Source of the DNA: Felis catus
Lineage: Eukaryota
Length of the DNA stretch: 64,000 nucleotides
Direction: 5' to 3'
Assembly (NCBI RefSeq): GCF_018350175.1
Contig: NC_058368.1
Coordinates: 138,696,001-138,760,000, forward strand
The first letter of the stretch is position 1; every line of letters begins with the position of its first letter. Of the stretch, positions 11,309 to 24,742 are shown piece by piece. The notes beneath the pieces are model-generated. The model did no database searches and was not told the origin of the DNA. It saw only the letters and a program-made list of their open reading frames with translations. A program made the translations under genes and the position numbers.

Positions 11309-14030
11309 AAAAGAAATGTCACAAAAAAATGCAGACATCATCGTCCTAATTAAAGAGTCCATTTTAATGGACAGAGGGACCCCTCTTGCAGTCACTTATT
11401 AATAGGGAAGCCCCCTGAATCAATGTAAAACTTGTCGGTTTAGAAGAAGGGTATACCACGACTACTGTAGCATAAAATAAGTGTTTATGGAAAATAAGTT
11501 GATTCCGCATATATTTTTTGGAAGATGCTAAATTCTTGCTTTGTTTTGTCTGCCTGGAGCAGGACCTTCAGAAATGCGGTTCGTAGTGTTTGCTTTCTCC
11601 TTCCCGGAGTCATCTCTTCTACAGAGGCAAATTTTAAAGCTGGTCTGTGATCCAGCTTTGCTTGACATTATGACCACACGCGATTTTTTATTTTTTTAAT
11701 GAGAAGTAATTTATAAACTTCCTCGATGTTGGAGGGAAGAGAGGTGTATCACAGGTGATAGCATCCTGTCTACTCCAGTCCCCCCCCCCCCCAACCATGG
11801 CTGCAATTGGATATGGTCCACTTCTTCTTTTCCCGTCCTAAACTGGTGTGCACTACTTTGTGTATTAAACAAGGCCCTGTGAAATGAGTCTAATATCCCT
11901 GCCACCCCAGCACATCAGCACTAGGGCCTATGACACGCTCCAGAGTATAGGTAGAAATTATATGTTCCAGGCTGGAGATGCGCTTTTGGTCACTTCTTTT
12001 TTAAGCACCAGAGATCCATATTTTATGGGGAAGTTCAAGTTGGGGATGGATGGGTGATATAACCAGCTGAGTGGCTTGAAATTGTGCCTGTGAGCCAAAA
12101 AACCCGAACCAAAGGAGGTGAGATAGAAGGCGGTACCAGGACTTCTCTGAAATCTTGAGGAAAAATCTAACCGCACGGCAAGTGCCTTACTCTGGTTAGA
12201 ATTGGCAGGATGCCTAAAATAAGGCACAAGGTGTTGAGAGCAGGGGCAGCGGGGTGAAGTTTTGTTTTGTTTTGTTTTAATTTCTGGAAGACTTTACTTA
12301 AGTTATTACATGTTGTAGTGTTATATTGAGGAAGAAGGATTTTATAAAAAGAGAAAGGAATCTGCTGGAGAAACAAAGAGAGACAGAGATATATAGAGAG
12401 TGAGATTCAAAGAGACCCAGAACACAGAGGAAAACAAAGATAGAGAGAGGTGCTGGAAGCAGAGATAGACTGAAAGAGAGACCGATGGGGGTGGGGGGCA
12501 TAGCCAAGAACTTTCCTTGCCATTATTCAGTTTTTTAAGTTGGGATGTCAAAAGGGCACTCTTTGTGTCTCTCCAGATTAGTGCTGTACGTACTTAACCC
12601 CGTTTAATTACTATGATGGATTGCATATTTGCCACCAAAAGCCTTGTTCTCACTCGCCCTGACTACTAATGGGCTGTAAACATGGCCTTTTAAAAAGGAG
12701 CCAGGTTTGATGTGGATTTGTGTTCACCTATGTTAATGGTATGCAGGAGGTAGATTAGCTGCCGGCTGCCAGTGACTCGATGCATCCCCTTAGCCTGGCC
12801 CAGGACAGCTTGACAGAGGGCACTGACCTGGCTGCATGCAAATCCAGGCTTCCATCACCCAAAGAGCCATCTCCAGCAAAGCAGAGCATTGATAGCAGGG
12901 GCAGAAAGAGCTCTGGTTATTGTTGGAGGTGCAGTTGAGTCCTAGGGACTCTTTCAGCGTGATGAGCAGCTTCGGCTGCAAATAACTAAACAGCTTGGAA
13001 GGGAAGGGGCTGAGGAGGTGGGGAATTAATGAGCTCCAAGCAGCAAGAGTTACAGCATAATTAACTCCCAGACGGTCTCGTGGATGGTACAGCAGGGCCA
13101 CACAACCCAACCCAGAGCTTCCTCCCCAGGTAGAATTCAAGTTTCATCCAGTGTCAAGGGGGCATTAGAAAAACAGCCCAGCACAGGACCAGAGGGAGCA
13201 ATCAGTGAACTTCACGGAGAAAGGGTCACGCTTTGGCCACTCCTTCCTGCATAGATGGCTGAGTGGGTGGGTTTTAAGGTGAGACTGTTAGATTGTCTGA
13301 AAGAGACTAAAGAAGTCTGAGTCTGGGCCATTTGGGAAAGAACATGATGGAAATATCTGCCTGATGCCTGGAGAAGCTATTTGTTTTGACTACTGCTGCT
13401 GCTATTTTCCTTGAGGGTAGAGTCTACAGGACTGCGAAAAACCAGTGCCCTGAAACAAGAAAGAGTTTTCTCTCCAAGCAGTTGGGAAGCCCTATGCTTT
13501 TGGCCCCAGCTGCCACCTCGGATATTCCATGCTCAGGACATGATCACCGGCCTGACCTGGTGTATTTAATCCCCCAAACAGATCATTGTTAACATCCCTT
13601 CCTCCATTCAACCGAATTATTTTCATCAAAATCTTGAAATAAAATTAAAAATAGCATTGCCAGAAAAGCCAGTGAAAATCTCACGGGCAGTGAAAATTTT
13701 CCTTTATTATACTTTATAATTTGCCAGTAAAAAAAAAAAAAAGAAAAAGAAAAAGTTTACTGTATGTACGTAAAAGGAAAAAGCACTTTTTGTCCAAGAG
13801 TTTTACATTCAAATCACAGTTTGAACTTTGATCCTTTCTTTATAATATGTGATAATATTACTTTACATAAAGAATCATTCACTAGCTTCTAAATAAATTT
13901 TAATCAAATCAAAATGTTTGCAAGAAGTACAAATTGGCTAACTATGAAATGATAACATTGTGGTGACATTTTATTAACTGGATTCACTCTTTCATTTAAA
14001 AACAATCATACTTTTAAAAGAGCACATTTC

Positions 14031-14490
14031 GGGGCGCCTGGGTGGCCCAGTCGGTTGTGTCCGACTTTGGCCCAGGCCATGATCTCGCAGTCTGTGAGTT
14101 CGAGTCCCGCGTTGGGCTCTGTGCTGACAGCTCAGAGCCTGAAGCCTACTTCGTATTCTGTGTCTCCCACTCTCTGCCCCTCCCCTGCTCACGCTCAGTC
14201 TCTCCCTCTCTCTCTCAAGAATAAAATAAACAGGGGCGCCTGGGTGGTGCAGTCGGTTAAGCGTCCGACTTCAGCCAGGTCACGATCTCGCGGTCCGTGA
14301 GTTCGAGCCCCGCGTCGGGCTCTGGGCTGATGGCTCAGAGCCTGGAGCCTGTTTCCGATTCTGTGTCTCCCTCTCTCTCTGCCCCTCCCCCGTTCATGCT
14401 CTGTCTCTCTCTCTCCCAAAAAAATAAATAAATATTGAAAAAAAATTTAAAAAAAAAGAATAAAATAAACATTAAAAAAAATTTTTTTTA
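14031..14490 (+). mobile_element. Nested SINEC pair: older copy from 14031 with a young copy (14233-14455) in its A-tail
   Basis: Two heads; outer TSD aaaga(g/c)cacatttc, inner TSD aagaataaaataaaca. Confidence 0.93.
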
Positions 14491-14719
14491 AAGACCACAT
14501 TTCAATTTTAAAGATATTGTTCACATTCAGTAAGATATTTCAGGTACAAACTAACATTTACACTTAACAAAAACATTATACCCCACAGGTTTATCAGTGT
14601 CATTGTTTCAAATTTCAAACAGAAATAACACTCAAAATGCTCAAAGACAATGACAGAAATGAGATAATTCAAATTGTTTTCTTATCTTGGGAAATCATTA
14701 TTTACTTCAAATCTAGTGG

Positions 14720-14832
14720 GTGTTTTTAATTTAATTTTTTTGAGACGGAGGGAGAGAGAGGGCACTTGTGCATGAGTGGGGGAGGGGCAGAGGGAGAGAG
14801 AGAATCTTTTTTTTTTAAGTTTGTTTACTTAT

Positions 14833-14866
<34 letters not shown>

Positions 14867-15128
14867 TGAGCCACGAGAGGGGCAGAGAGAATCTCAAGCT
14901 GATAGCACAGGACCTGACAAGGGGCTAGATCTCACAAACCAAGAGATCACGACCTGAGCCTAAATAGAGAGTCAGACACTTAACTGAGCCACCCACGTGC
15001 CCTGAGAGAAAGAGAATCTTAAGCAGGCTTCACGCTCAACACAACTCAGGGCTTGATCCCACCTCCCTGGGATCCTGACCTGAACCGAAATCAAGAGTCA
15101 CTCAACTGACTGAGTCACCCAGGTGCCC
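14720..15128 (-). mobile_element. Nested pair of older SINECs
   Basis: Two degenerate heads (agccacccacgtgccc, gtcacccaggtgcccc); outer TSD caaatctagtg. Confidence 0.85.
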
Positions 15129-15789
15129 CAAATCTAGTGTTGTGACTCAGGAATGTGTGGTATGATGGTGTAGGGAAACAGATATAAGTTCAACCGATTC
15201 TGAACCATTAGGAACTGGTTCATGAAATAAAAACATGTAGCTTATTCCCACAAAACCAGGAAGTCTCTGAATTTACTTTCGTATAAAGTATAATGTGTAT
15301 GAAAGAATACGTAACAAAAACATGCTGATTTCAAGCTTACACATAGCATTAAAACTTAACCAACAATAAGCGCAGCTATTGTTTCAAATTTAGATCATTG
15401 CAAGTTTTTTTCAGGGAAGATATTTTATCGTGACGTTATTTCGAATCGGGAGCCCAAGGTGGTAGCAAAGCCATTTCAGCTGGTTTAATAACTGTTTTTA
15501 AATTCTTCGCGCATTTCAATCCCCTGTCGCGGGGATCGGGGCGGACTCTCATGGCCTCACCCTTATATGCCTCTGCCTGTTATTGTCTGCCCGTTGAGTC
15601 CAGACTCGGGGATCATCTCAGTGGGGGCAGCCCAGGGCATGTGCACCAACACAGGACCAGAGTAAGGAGGAAAGGTACTGGGCAGGAGTCACATTATTGA
15701 GAAGCTGCTCTGGGTCAAGCCCACCACCAGGCATTTCCACTCGCAATAGCGCCTTCATGCTTCACAACAACTGTTCACATGAGGGGTTC

Positions 15790-16238
15790 ATTTTTTTCTT
15801 TAAGTGTTTTTTTTTTTTTAATGTTTATTTATTTTTGAGACAGAGAGACACAGAGCGTGAATGGGGGAGGGTCAGAGAGAGAGGAAGACACAGAATCTGA
15901 AACAGGCTCCAGGCTCCAAGCAGTCAGCACAGAGCCCGACGCGGGGCTGGAACTCACGGACCGCGAGATCGTGACCTGAGCCGAAGTCGGCCGCTTAACC
16001 AACTGAGCCACCCAGGCGCCCCTCTTTAAGTTTTTTAACGTTTATTTATTTTTGAGGGAGACAGGCAGAACACAAATTGGCGAGGGGCAGAGAGAGAGGG
16101 AGGGACGGAATCTGAAGCAGGCCCCAGGCTCCGAGCTGTCGGCACAGAGCCCAATGTGGGGCTCGAACTCGCGAACCATGAGATCATGACCTGAGCCAAA
16201 GTCAGACGCTTAACCGGCTGAGCCCCCCGGGTGCCCCC
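15790..16238 (-). mobile_element. Nested SINEC pair (about 15805-16023 inside the tail of 16025-16238), within a MIR
   Basis: Two heads; outer TSD cacatgagg(g/a)gttc. Confidence 0.92.
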
Positions 16239-17529
16239 CACATGAGGAGTTCTAATCTCAGTATTTGGAAATGGGGGAAAACAGACAAGAAGCTCAGGGG
16301 CCTGCCCATGGCACAGATGGCAGTATCTGAATTAAAACCCAGATAAGGCTAAGAACAAGGCTCAAGTTACCTCCTGAAGGTGAGCACCTCAGATTCCGTG
16401 GCACCCCTAAGAACATGACTTAGAATCCCCTGTGTACAGATGCAGTTAGTCCCACTGCTCTAGTTAGAATAAATTTCACCTCTCCTGGGCTCTCTCCCCA
16501 ATTCAGGGAAATCACCCTTTGAACATCAGTGAACCACTAAACCTTTGTCTCTTCCACTGGATTCAAGGAAATGGAGAACGTTTATCGGAGCTCCTGGGCC
16601 TTTTCTTCTTTGCTTTGCTTCGTGTCGCTTCTCATTTCTTTCCTTCTTTTCTTTCTTCCTTCCTTCCTTCTCTACTGTTTCTCGCTCTTTCTCTCTCCCT
16701 CTGCCTTTCTCTCTTTCCGTCTTTTTGCCTACTTTTTCAATATACTTGCTTACCAACCTCTGTAGCTTGGGGAAAATTGCTGGAGCTATCGCATTTAGTT
16801 CCAGAGAATTGCTCACAGGAGACCTTGCGTATTACACACATGTCCAAAGAGCTGATGGATCTTTTTTATGTCCTCTTTATTACTAACGCTTAGGGAAACA
16901 TCTTGTGTCTCTCTTTCTTCTTCCTACTATATTAAAAAATGATAATCTAGCTCTCCATATGTCCTGAGTATAGCTGAGGTCTTGCCTATTGGTTAATATT
17001 GATTAGTATTCCTTTATAGCTCCCTAGAGGGTACATATTGCCATTTCCAGAATCAGGTCACAGAAAGCTTTGGATCACAGAAGTGTAAGATTTGACAAAA
17101 ATGAACCTGTAATCATAGTCTCTCCTCACCTTTCCACTTCCAGGGAGAGCTATCTTGTCTCCTATTGTCTTACCCTTGAGTATGACCTAGAGAAACGAAT
17201 AAAACACTGGCCACCTCAGACTCCTGGGAGAAGGGTTCCTCCTCACTCACCAACAGGCCAAGAATGGTCTAGTGGGAGCTAATGTGCCCAGCTAAGGTAC
17301 ACTGGGCCTGACACAGTCTTCCCTGAGCTTTGTCTCCTCTGGAGGCACACCCTTGAGAGCCTTCATTGCAAAGAGACAGGGGAGTGAGGAACAAGGAGAG
17401 TGATTGAGGGCTTCCTGTCCTTTCCATATAGCAGAGGGACAGGTGTTGTGCCATTATTTTCCTCTTTATTAGCTTACCTATTCAAAATGCATTGGAGGAA
17501 AGCAAACAGCTTCAGAATGACAAAAATAT

Positions 17530-18010
17530 ATCAGGTAGGATTAGGTTCGGCCGCTTTTAACAAAAACTCAAATAAGTGACTTAATAATATACACATTTCT
17601 TTTCCCTCATGTCAAAGAAGTCCTCAAGTGGGCAGCCCAAGGCTGTAATGGCAGCTCCACAGTCATCAGGGATTCAGACACTTTTTGTCTTTCTTCTCCA
17701 TCAGGCCGAGCTTATGTCTTACGTGTTCGAGGTCACTCCAGGATTCAAGATGGCTGTTGGAATGTCAGCCATCATCTTTACTTTCTGAGACAGAAAAGGG
17801 AAGTAGAAAAAGGGCAAAAAGAAACTTCTCCCAGCTGAGGGAGCATTCTTAAAAATTTCAAGAAGCCCAATCAACAACTCCTTTTCATAGGAGACTTGGC
17901 AAAGTATTTCTTTATCCAGGCACATCACCACCCAGAATAAATTCAGACTCTACTGGTGAGGAAAAGGAAACACTCTTTGCTGAATAGGCATCCAGCAGTC
18001 TCTGCTACAA
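17530..18010 (-). mobile_element. MLT1 (K/L-like) MaLR LTR
   Basis: tcaggtaggattaggttcggccgc...aagatggctg...ccatcatc...cagcagtctctgctaca. Confidence 0.65.
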
Positions 18011-18369
18011 GCTATGTGTCAGCTCCTGGGCTAATAGCTTTGTATACATTATCTTGCTTCTTCCTCAAAACACCTCTACTAGCTTTATGCCACTAGAGTT
18101 AGGGAAGTCTTAAGAATTATCAAGCCAACAACTCAATTTGATTTTACTTAACATGTGAATAGAGCCTTAGCACTTATAGAACTTCCCCCAAATATTTAAT
18201 TCTCAACCCCCTCTCCCTTGAAATAAATAGTATTCTTAACTTGATTTTTCAGAGGAGGAAACTAAGCTCTTGAAAGGTTTAAGTCAATTGGCTCAAAGTC
18301 AACTAGAGGAACATTGGTCCTAGCACTCAGATCTCCTGACACTTGGCCCTACTTTTGTTCATGTCTTTT

Positions 18370-20380
18370 TAAAAAATTTGAAATACAGAAAAGTTCAGAG
18401 AATATTCCAAATGTCTAGCCACAAACTCAGAATTAACAAATGTTGAATTTTTGTCTTTTTTTTGAGAATTTTTTTCATTTAGATTAAAAAAAAATTAGTT
18501 GAAATCCATTTGGTACCCTACAGACTCCCCAGAGATAATCGGTATTCATTTGGTGGGTATCCTCCCGGTCCAGACCTTTCCATTTTGACTTCCGATTTGC
18601 ATCCATAAATAAATTGTTTTTGCAGATTTTTTTTTTCACTCAACATGTTTTTTGAGCTCTATCTAGGTTAGTGCATAAAGTTCAATCATTTTAACTGCTA
18701 TGTGATATTCTCTTATATAAATATACAGTACCTTCTATTTATTCGTTTCCATTTTCCTACTGTATATATTGAGTGCTTACTCAATAAGCATGTGGGGAAG
18801 TATTCTAGGAGCTTTTTATGTATTAGCTCCCTTAATCTTTGTAACAAATCCATGAGAAATGGGTTGTTATAATCCCTGTTGTACACAATGAGGAAACTAC
18901 AGGGACAGATAAGGAATTTGTCCAAGGTTTCACAGCTGATAAGCAACAGATCCAGAATTCAACCCCAGAGGAGATGATTCTGGAACCCCTACCCTCGACT
19001 TCTACTCTACATTACTTGGGCTTAACGCTCATGCATCCCTACCAGTACAGCCATACCTGTTGTGCAAATACTGTCCTCAGAGCCCTGCCGTCACCTAGTA
19101 GGACTCTCCTTGGGTCGATGGCCAGCATCTGTTCTGACTGGTGGGAGCCTGAATCTACTCTATGGCTAAGTATTTTGAAAATCCCTCCTGTTCTATATTG
19201 ACTGGAACATAGGTTTTCAATTCTTCACCCCTACCGAGAAGAGAACCTAGATATAGAAATGCTAAGTCTTAGATTATATGCACCAAAGGTTTTACTAAAA
19301 ACTAGTGATTGCTCTTGATTGTTAAACTAATGAACTAATAAACTATGCTAATACACTTACGTAATTTGTGTATTCTTCACAAATACTGTCTATCATTAGT
19401 CTTCTTAATTTTGCCAGTTTGTTAGATGTGACGTGGCATCTCCTTGTCTTTATTTTTTTTTAAATTTTTTTTTCAACGTTTATTTATTTTTGGGACAGAG
19501 AGAGACAGAGCATGAACGGGGGAGGGGCAGAGAGAGAGGGAGACACAGAATCCGAAACAGGCTCCAGATTCTGAGCCATCAGCCCAGAGCCTGACGCGGG
19601 GCTCGAACTCACGGACCGCGAGATCGTGACCTGGCTGAAGTCGGACGCTTAACCGACTGCGCCACCCAGGCGCCCCTCCTTGTCTTTATTTGCATGTTGC
19701 TGATTACTAGTAAGGTAGAAAAGGTTTTATATATACATATATAGATATAGATAGATAGATAAATATAATAAACATGTATATATATTTATTAGCTATTTAG
19801 GTTTAGTCTGATCTGAATTGCCTTTCTCTTTGCTCATTTTTAAAGTGGCTTCTATTTTCTTTTATGTACTTTTTTTCTTTATATAATTGGGACATTAATC
19901 TTGTGCCCATTATATCTGGTGCAAATTCCCTGTCCCTCCCCACCCCCCTCCATCACTTCTTGCCTCTGACCCTATCTTTGTCTTCTGTCATATAGGAGTT
20001 TTCGATTCAATATTGTCAAATCTATAAATCTTTTTCTTTATAGGAATCACTTCTGGTACTTTAAGGAAAGCCTTCTCCCTTTTGAGGCAGTAGAGAAATT
20101 CTAGGTTTTCTTCTAATTGTTTTATAATTTTATTTCTTGAATTTACCTCTCTGTATGATATGAGGAAGGAATACAGTTGAATTTTTCCTACTTGGAAATC
20201 ATTCCAACACCATTAATTTAATAAGTTACCTTTTCCCCACTGATTTTTTAGTACCATTTCTAACATAAACAACCAAGTTCCATGTATACACTGAGCCATT
20301 TGTTTTCTATACCACTGCACTGATCTATTTCTCTATTCTCAGTTTTTTCATTTTAATTCTCTAGCTTAGAAATAATGCAT
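18370..20380 (-). mobile_element. Fragmented old L1M sequence interleaved with MIR and SINEC
   Basis: T-rich L1-antisense motifs: tttcactcaacatgttttttgag, ttaattttgccagtttg, tggcatctccttgtc, ttccaacaccattaatttaataag. Confidence 0.55.
19453..19676 (-). mobile_element. Young felid SINEC
   Basis: Full length; TSD ctccttgtctttattt. Confidence 0.96.
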
Positions 20381-20384
20381 CACT

Positions 20385-20607
20385 GGGGCATCTGGGTGGC
20401 GCAGTCGGTTAAGCATGCGACTTCAGCCAGGTCACGATCTCACGGTCCGTGAGTTCGAGCCCCGCGTCGGGCTCTGGGCTGATGGCTCAGAGCCTGGAGC
20501 CTGTTTCCAATTCTGTGTCTCCCTCTCTCTCTGCCCCTCCCCCGTTCATGCTCTGTCTCTCTCTGTCCCAAAAATAAATAAACGTTGAAAAAAAAAAGAA
20601 AAAAAAA
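20385..20607 (+). mobile_element. Young felid SINEC
   Basis: Full length; TSD agaaataatgcatcact. Confidence 0.96.
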
Positions 20608-22051
20608 AGAAATAATGCATCACTGAGCCTAATACATTCTATCTACTTATACATTTTTTATCGTCCTGATGCGAAACACAAGCCTACAAGTTTAGTAAGT
20701 GCCTTATGGTTCTTTAGGAAGGTAGGCTAGAAGGCATATGGTGCCTTTGGTTTCTATGTTGGAGATCCCACTTGCATTGCAGACAGATCTAGGTATTTGG
20801 AGTACAGTTGAAGGAAAAATAAATTCTAAGTACAGTGAGTAAAAAGGGATGAGTCTTGATTTCTCCATCCATAGAGATACCCCACTGTTGATACCCATTC
20901 TCTAACATCTTCTGAGTAAATCCCAGTGACCATGCATCATTCATAATGAACATTCTTATTAATTTAGATGGACCAAATATCCCAGATTTTGAAAGGACAA
21001 ATGTATAAAGAAGACTGGCGGGCGGGGGGGGGGGGGGGGTGTGGAATCAGTGTCAGAGCTTAGAGAACAAATTTTTAAATTGCATTGCTTTTTGTAAATG
21101 ACTATCCAAACTATATAATGACCTGTAGTTTATAGTACTTTTCAGGGTTCGGCTGTCTCTATCTATTCATGGTGTAGAATTTGACTTGGGAGAAGTTCTC
21201 TTCTGGAACAGTTACAAACACCATAGACAGAATGTGAGGATGGGTCGATGTCCTGCACACAACACTCTGAAGTACAAACGAGCAAGGAAGAAATAGATCC
21301 CTCACAGTCATCCTGAGATTTGCTGTAGCAGCATCTCTGAGAAACCCACCTCAGGCCTGGGATTAGGGGGCGGGGACAATGGGGGGGGGGGGGGGATTGG
21401 GGAGGGCAGGGCCAGTCCAAGACCCGGCATCTCGTGGAGCCTAACTTTGGACCATCACCTCAACCCAAACATAATGGTTAAAAAACACAGCCTTCTTCTC
21501 AGTTAATGTTAAGAAGATCGTAGGCAGGCCTGATAAAAATGTTTTGGTTTTTTTTTTTTTTTTTTTAACTCAAACCACCAGCTTTATTTTTCGTATTCTA
21601 TAAACCACAAAGTACCTGATCTGTAGAATCTCAAAGCTCCTGCAAAAGACTGCGGGATGGCAGCTTCGACAATCAGCCCCAGGCCAACCAGAGTATTGTT
21701 TTCAATATGAGAATGTATTTCTCCCAACAATTTGACTTTCATGGGCCAGTGGAAGGTGGGGGTGGGGGAGTGGAGAGGAGTAATCTCTAAAGACATGCTA
21801 ACTTTCCGGTTCTACTGCTGAAGTTGCATAAGAAATGGCAAGATGTTCATTGCACAAAGCCAACATTCAAAATTCAGGCCCTCTATTTTCTGATCATCCT
21901 CCCTCCATCGTCCCCCTCTTCCCTTCCCCACCCCTGTCTTTTCCCAAATAAAATGTTACCAAAGGGAAGAGAGACCATTTTTAATAATTTAAGGAAATTT
22001 GAGGATATTTTTGATTTCGTGGCCTCCAATTTCTACAATTAAAATGAAGTA

Positions 22052-22295
22052 GGGGCGCCTGGGTGGCGCAGTCGGTTAAGCGTCCGACTTCAGCCAGGTC
22101 ACGATCTCGGGTTCCGTGAGTTCGAGCCCCGCATCGGGCTCTGGGCTGATGGCTCAGAGCCTGGAGCCTGTTTCCGATTCTGTGTCTCCCTCTCTCTCTG
22201 CCCCTCCCCCGTTCATGCTCTGTCTCTCTCTGTCCCAAAAATAAATAAACGTTGAAAAAAAAAATTTTTTTTAAATAATAAAAAAAAATTTAAAA
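22052..22295 (+). mobile_element. Young felid SINEC
   Basis: Full length; TSD aaaatgaagta. Confidence 0.96.
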
Positions 22296-23059
22296 AAAAT
22301 GAAGTATTTCTCGGTTTAAATTTAAATAAAAGAGCAGCCACTGTATACCCAAGGAAATTTCCCTTTAAAAATTTTTGTTGCGTATTAGAGCTGACATGGC
22401 TCTTTTCATCTTCACCAAACAGAACAATTGTTTTTAAAAAGGGGAATAATCCAGGCTACTCACCTCTTCACTGCCCCAAGTTGAGCAGAGAATGAAATCA
22501 GAACTCTTATCCCTGTCTTACAACTATACTGGAGCCTCCCTGAGACATTGTTCCCTGGATCCATGGCTGGGACCATGTTTTAGGTAAAGCTGTGTTTTCA
22601 CAAGATTCTCCTGCTTCCTCCAGTAATAAACCACCTTGGACAGGGTCCAAGACCAAAATGCCATGCGTTGAATTATGCATGATCGTGGGTCATGTTTGTG
22701 CAGGGCCCTATTGCAATTCTTCATAAATTTTTGTTTCTTCTTAGCCTACTTCTTAACACGCAGCCCTGACTGGCATGCTTACATCAATTGCTCTGTTTTT
22801 CTTGCTTTGTTGTGGTTGTGTGTTTTAATGAAAACCCTTCCTCCCGAAAGACATCCGGCTGCATGCCAAACCTACGGAATCTATAGATTTTCTTCCCCGT
22901 ATCTAAAAAAAGAGCTCCGAGTCAAGTGGCCCACAAATACATCTGCTCAAGGAGACTTTTCTCAAGTGTCACTCTGTCATTCCACGGGTATGTACTGAGC
23001 CCCGCAGGCTGTAGGCACCGTGCTGGTCTCTGAATACAAGGGTGAGTGAAACTGATGTG

Positions 23060-24200
23060 CGGAGTCCCTTTCCTGGGCGATGGCGCGATCCAACGGGGGA
23101 GACAGTGGCGATCCAACGGGGGAGACAGTGGCGCACAGATCCCTAGTTGCCCCTTGTGTTAAGTGGGGGTAGGAAGAAGGAGGAGACGCTGAGGGAGCAT
23201 GGTGCAGCGGAGAGTGCCGCCACTTTGCCGCCACGGCTGAGGTAGACCTCTTGGAAGCGTCACATGGGAGCCAAGTCCTAAAAGAGGAGGAGGACCCAGC
23301 ATTCGAGAGAGAAGGGGGATTGAGGGGGACGTATGGGGAGAGCAGCAGATGACGAGATCCTGGGGCATGCTCAGACCCTCTCCACGGCCGTGGCTGCCCA
23401 TCTGCCCTCCGGCCAGCGGTCACGGGGCAAGTCGCGTCCTTTTGCCCCTAGGAAGGCTTCCCGCCCGGCCCGCAAGCGTGGTCCTCTCTTTTCCGCAGCA
23501 GCCTCCCGCGGCACCTCATCTGTTTCCCGCGACTTCCCGCTTAGCCACGGGCTGGGTTGTATTGTGTTCGGATGGTTCCTGGGGTGACACTTGCCTCCCC
23601 CACCGGTCTCGCAAACCCACTGAGGACAGAGGGCGCGCGGCCCTTTGTGCCCCGCACCACGTCTGCCGCCGCACCGGAGCGGAACTGCCGTGGGCTGCGC
23701 TGAAAGGAACTGAAGATGTTTCAGCCTGGCGGGGCAGGTGACCAGCCGCGGCTAAGCCGCTTTTCTCTCTGCCTCTGCTCACATTAGACAAAATGCAAAT
23801 AGATAGGCCCCCATCTCTCTCTGTCCTATTTAGCATTTATATGACACCTTTCAGCACAGAGAAATGAATAAGTGGAACCAGAAGGGGCTGTTCCATGTGC
23901 TCATCCCCCAGCCCGGCTGCAGCCAGGCATCTGGTCCCCACCTGCCCCCCACACGCCCCTCCTCCCCGAGGGGGCAGGCTGCAGGCACCCCCGCTTTGCT
24001 TTCAGCAGCGCTCTTCCCCCTGAGCCGCACACTGTTGAAAGAATGCATTGTCTGGGCTAAAGGGAGAACGCGGGTAGCACATTACAAATCTGAGCTGTTA
24101 AGTGATAAATGAGCAATGAAAAGCATCCTGACATCATTAAGGTGTTCCCGAACACGCTCTCCCCTCGCGGCCTCACCCCCATGCAACCGCGTGCAGACAG
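23060..24200. promoter_or_regulatory. CpG-rich island, candidate promoter or enhancer
   Basis: Non-repeat GC-rich stretch with visibly dense CpG; E2F-type TTTCCCGC at 23523-23530, TTCCCGC at 23458 and 23534, ETS-like CGGAA near 23680. Confidence 0.55.
23085..23133. repeat. Perfect 23-bp tandem duplication (gcgatccaacgggggagacagtg x2)
   Basis: Units 23085-23107 and 23108-23130 are identical, followed by gcg. Confidence 0.95.
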
Positions 24201-24742
24201 AATGGCTTGTAGAGTGACCAAAGCCTGGCTTAGGAGTCACCAAATTGGGTCGTTCCCACCCCATGGGGTTTTTCTAGATTCTGCCAGTTGGGAACACAGT
24301 CACTGCAAGAAACCGCTAGACTCGCATCTCTGCCAACGTTCTCAGAGGCATGGCTCTCTTCAACCATATAAAAATGAACTTGCCTTTTCACTGCTCATAG
24401 TACTCCCAGAGTTTGAAGTAACCCTTCCGGACTACCTCCCACCCCCACATTCAGGGAGCCCTGCCCCAGGCCCCCAGGGCGCCCACATCTGGACCGGGCA
24501 CTCTGTAGAACCCACACCCCATCCCCCTGCCCCACCAGGACTCAGCACTGACAAGGAATCGGGACAGACGGCCTGCAGGGTGACAGAGCAGCTTCTCTGA
24601 CATTTATGAGATGAAATTCGCCAGGGCCAGAAAGGGCATCCCTTTAAAATCGTTTAAAGAGCATCTTAACCTCTGCAATGCTTCCTGGGGGGGTGGCTAA
24701 AAGCAACCCCTGTACTCTGACTCACCGGTGTTGTAGAACTCT

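Larger units (their letters stand above)
13700..15575 (-). mobile_element. MER97-like hAT-Tip100 DNA transposon, interrupted by four SINECs
   Basis: Minus strand begins cagaggcatataagggtgaggcc...gtccgcccc...gaatttaaaaacagttattaaacc...gataaaatat...aaacaatagctgcg...atatctttaaaattgaaat, matching the recalled MER97 consensus across the SINE breaks; left end approximate. Confidence 0.7.

Noticed and set aside
23090..23130. CTCF-like motif within the 23-bp duplication
   Set aside because: ccaacgggggagac mismatches key positions of the CCASYAGRKGGC core
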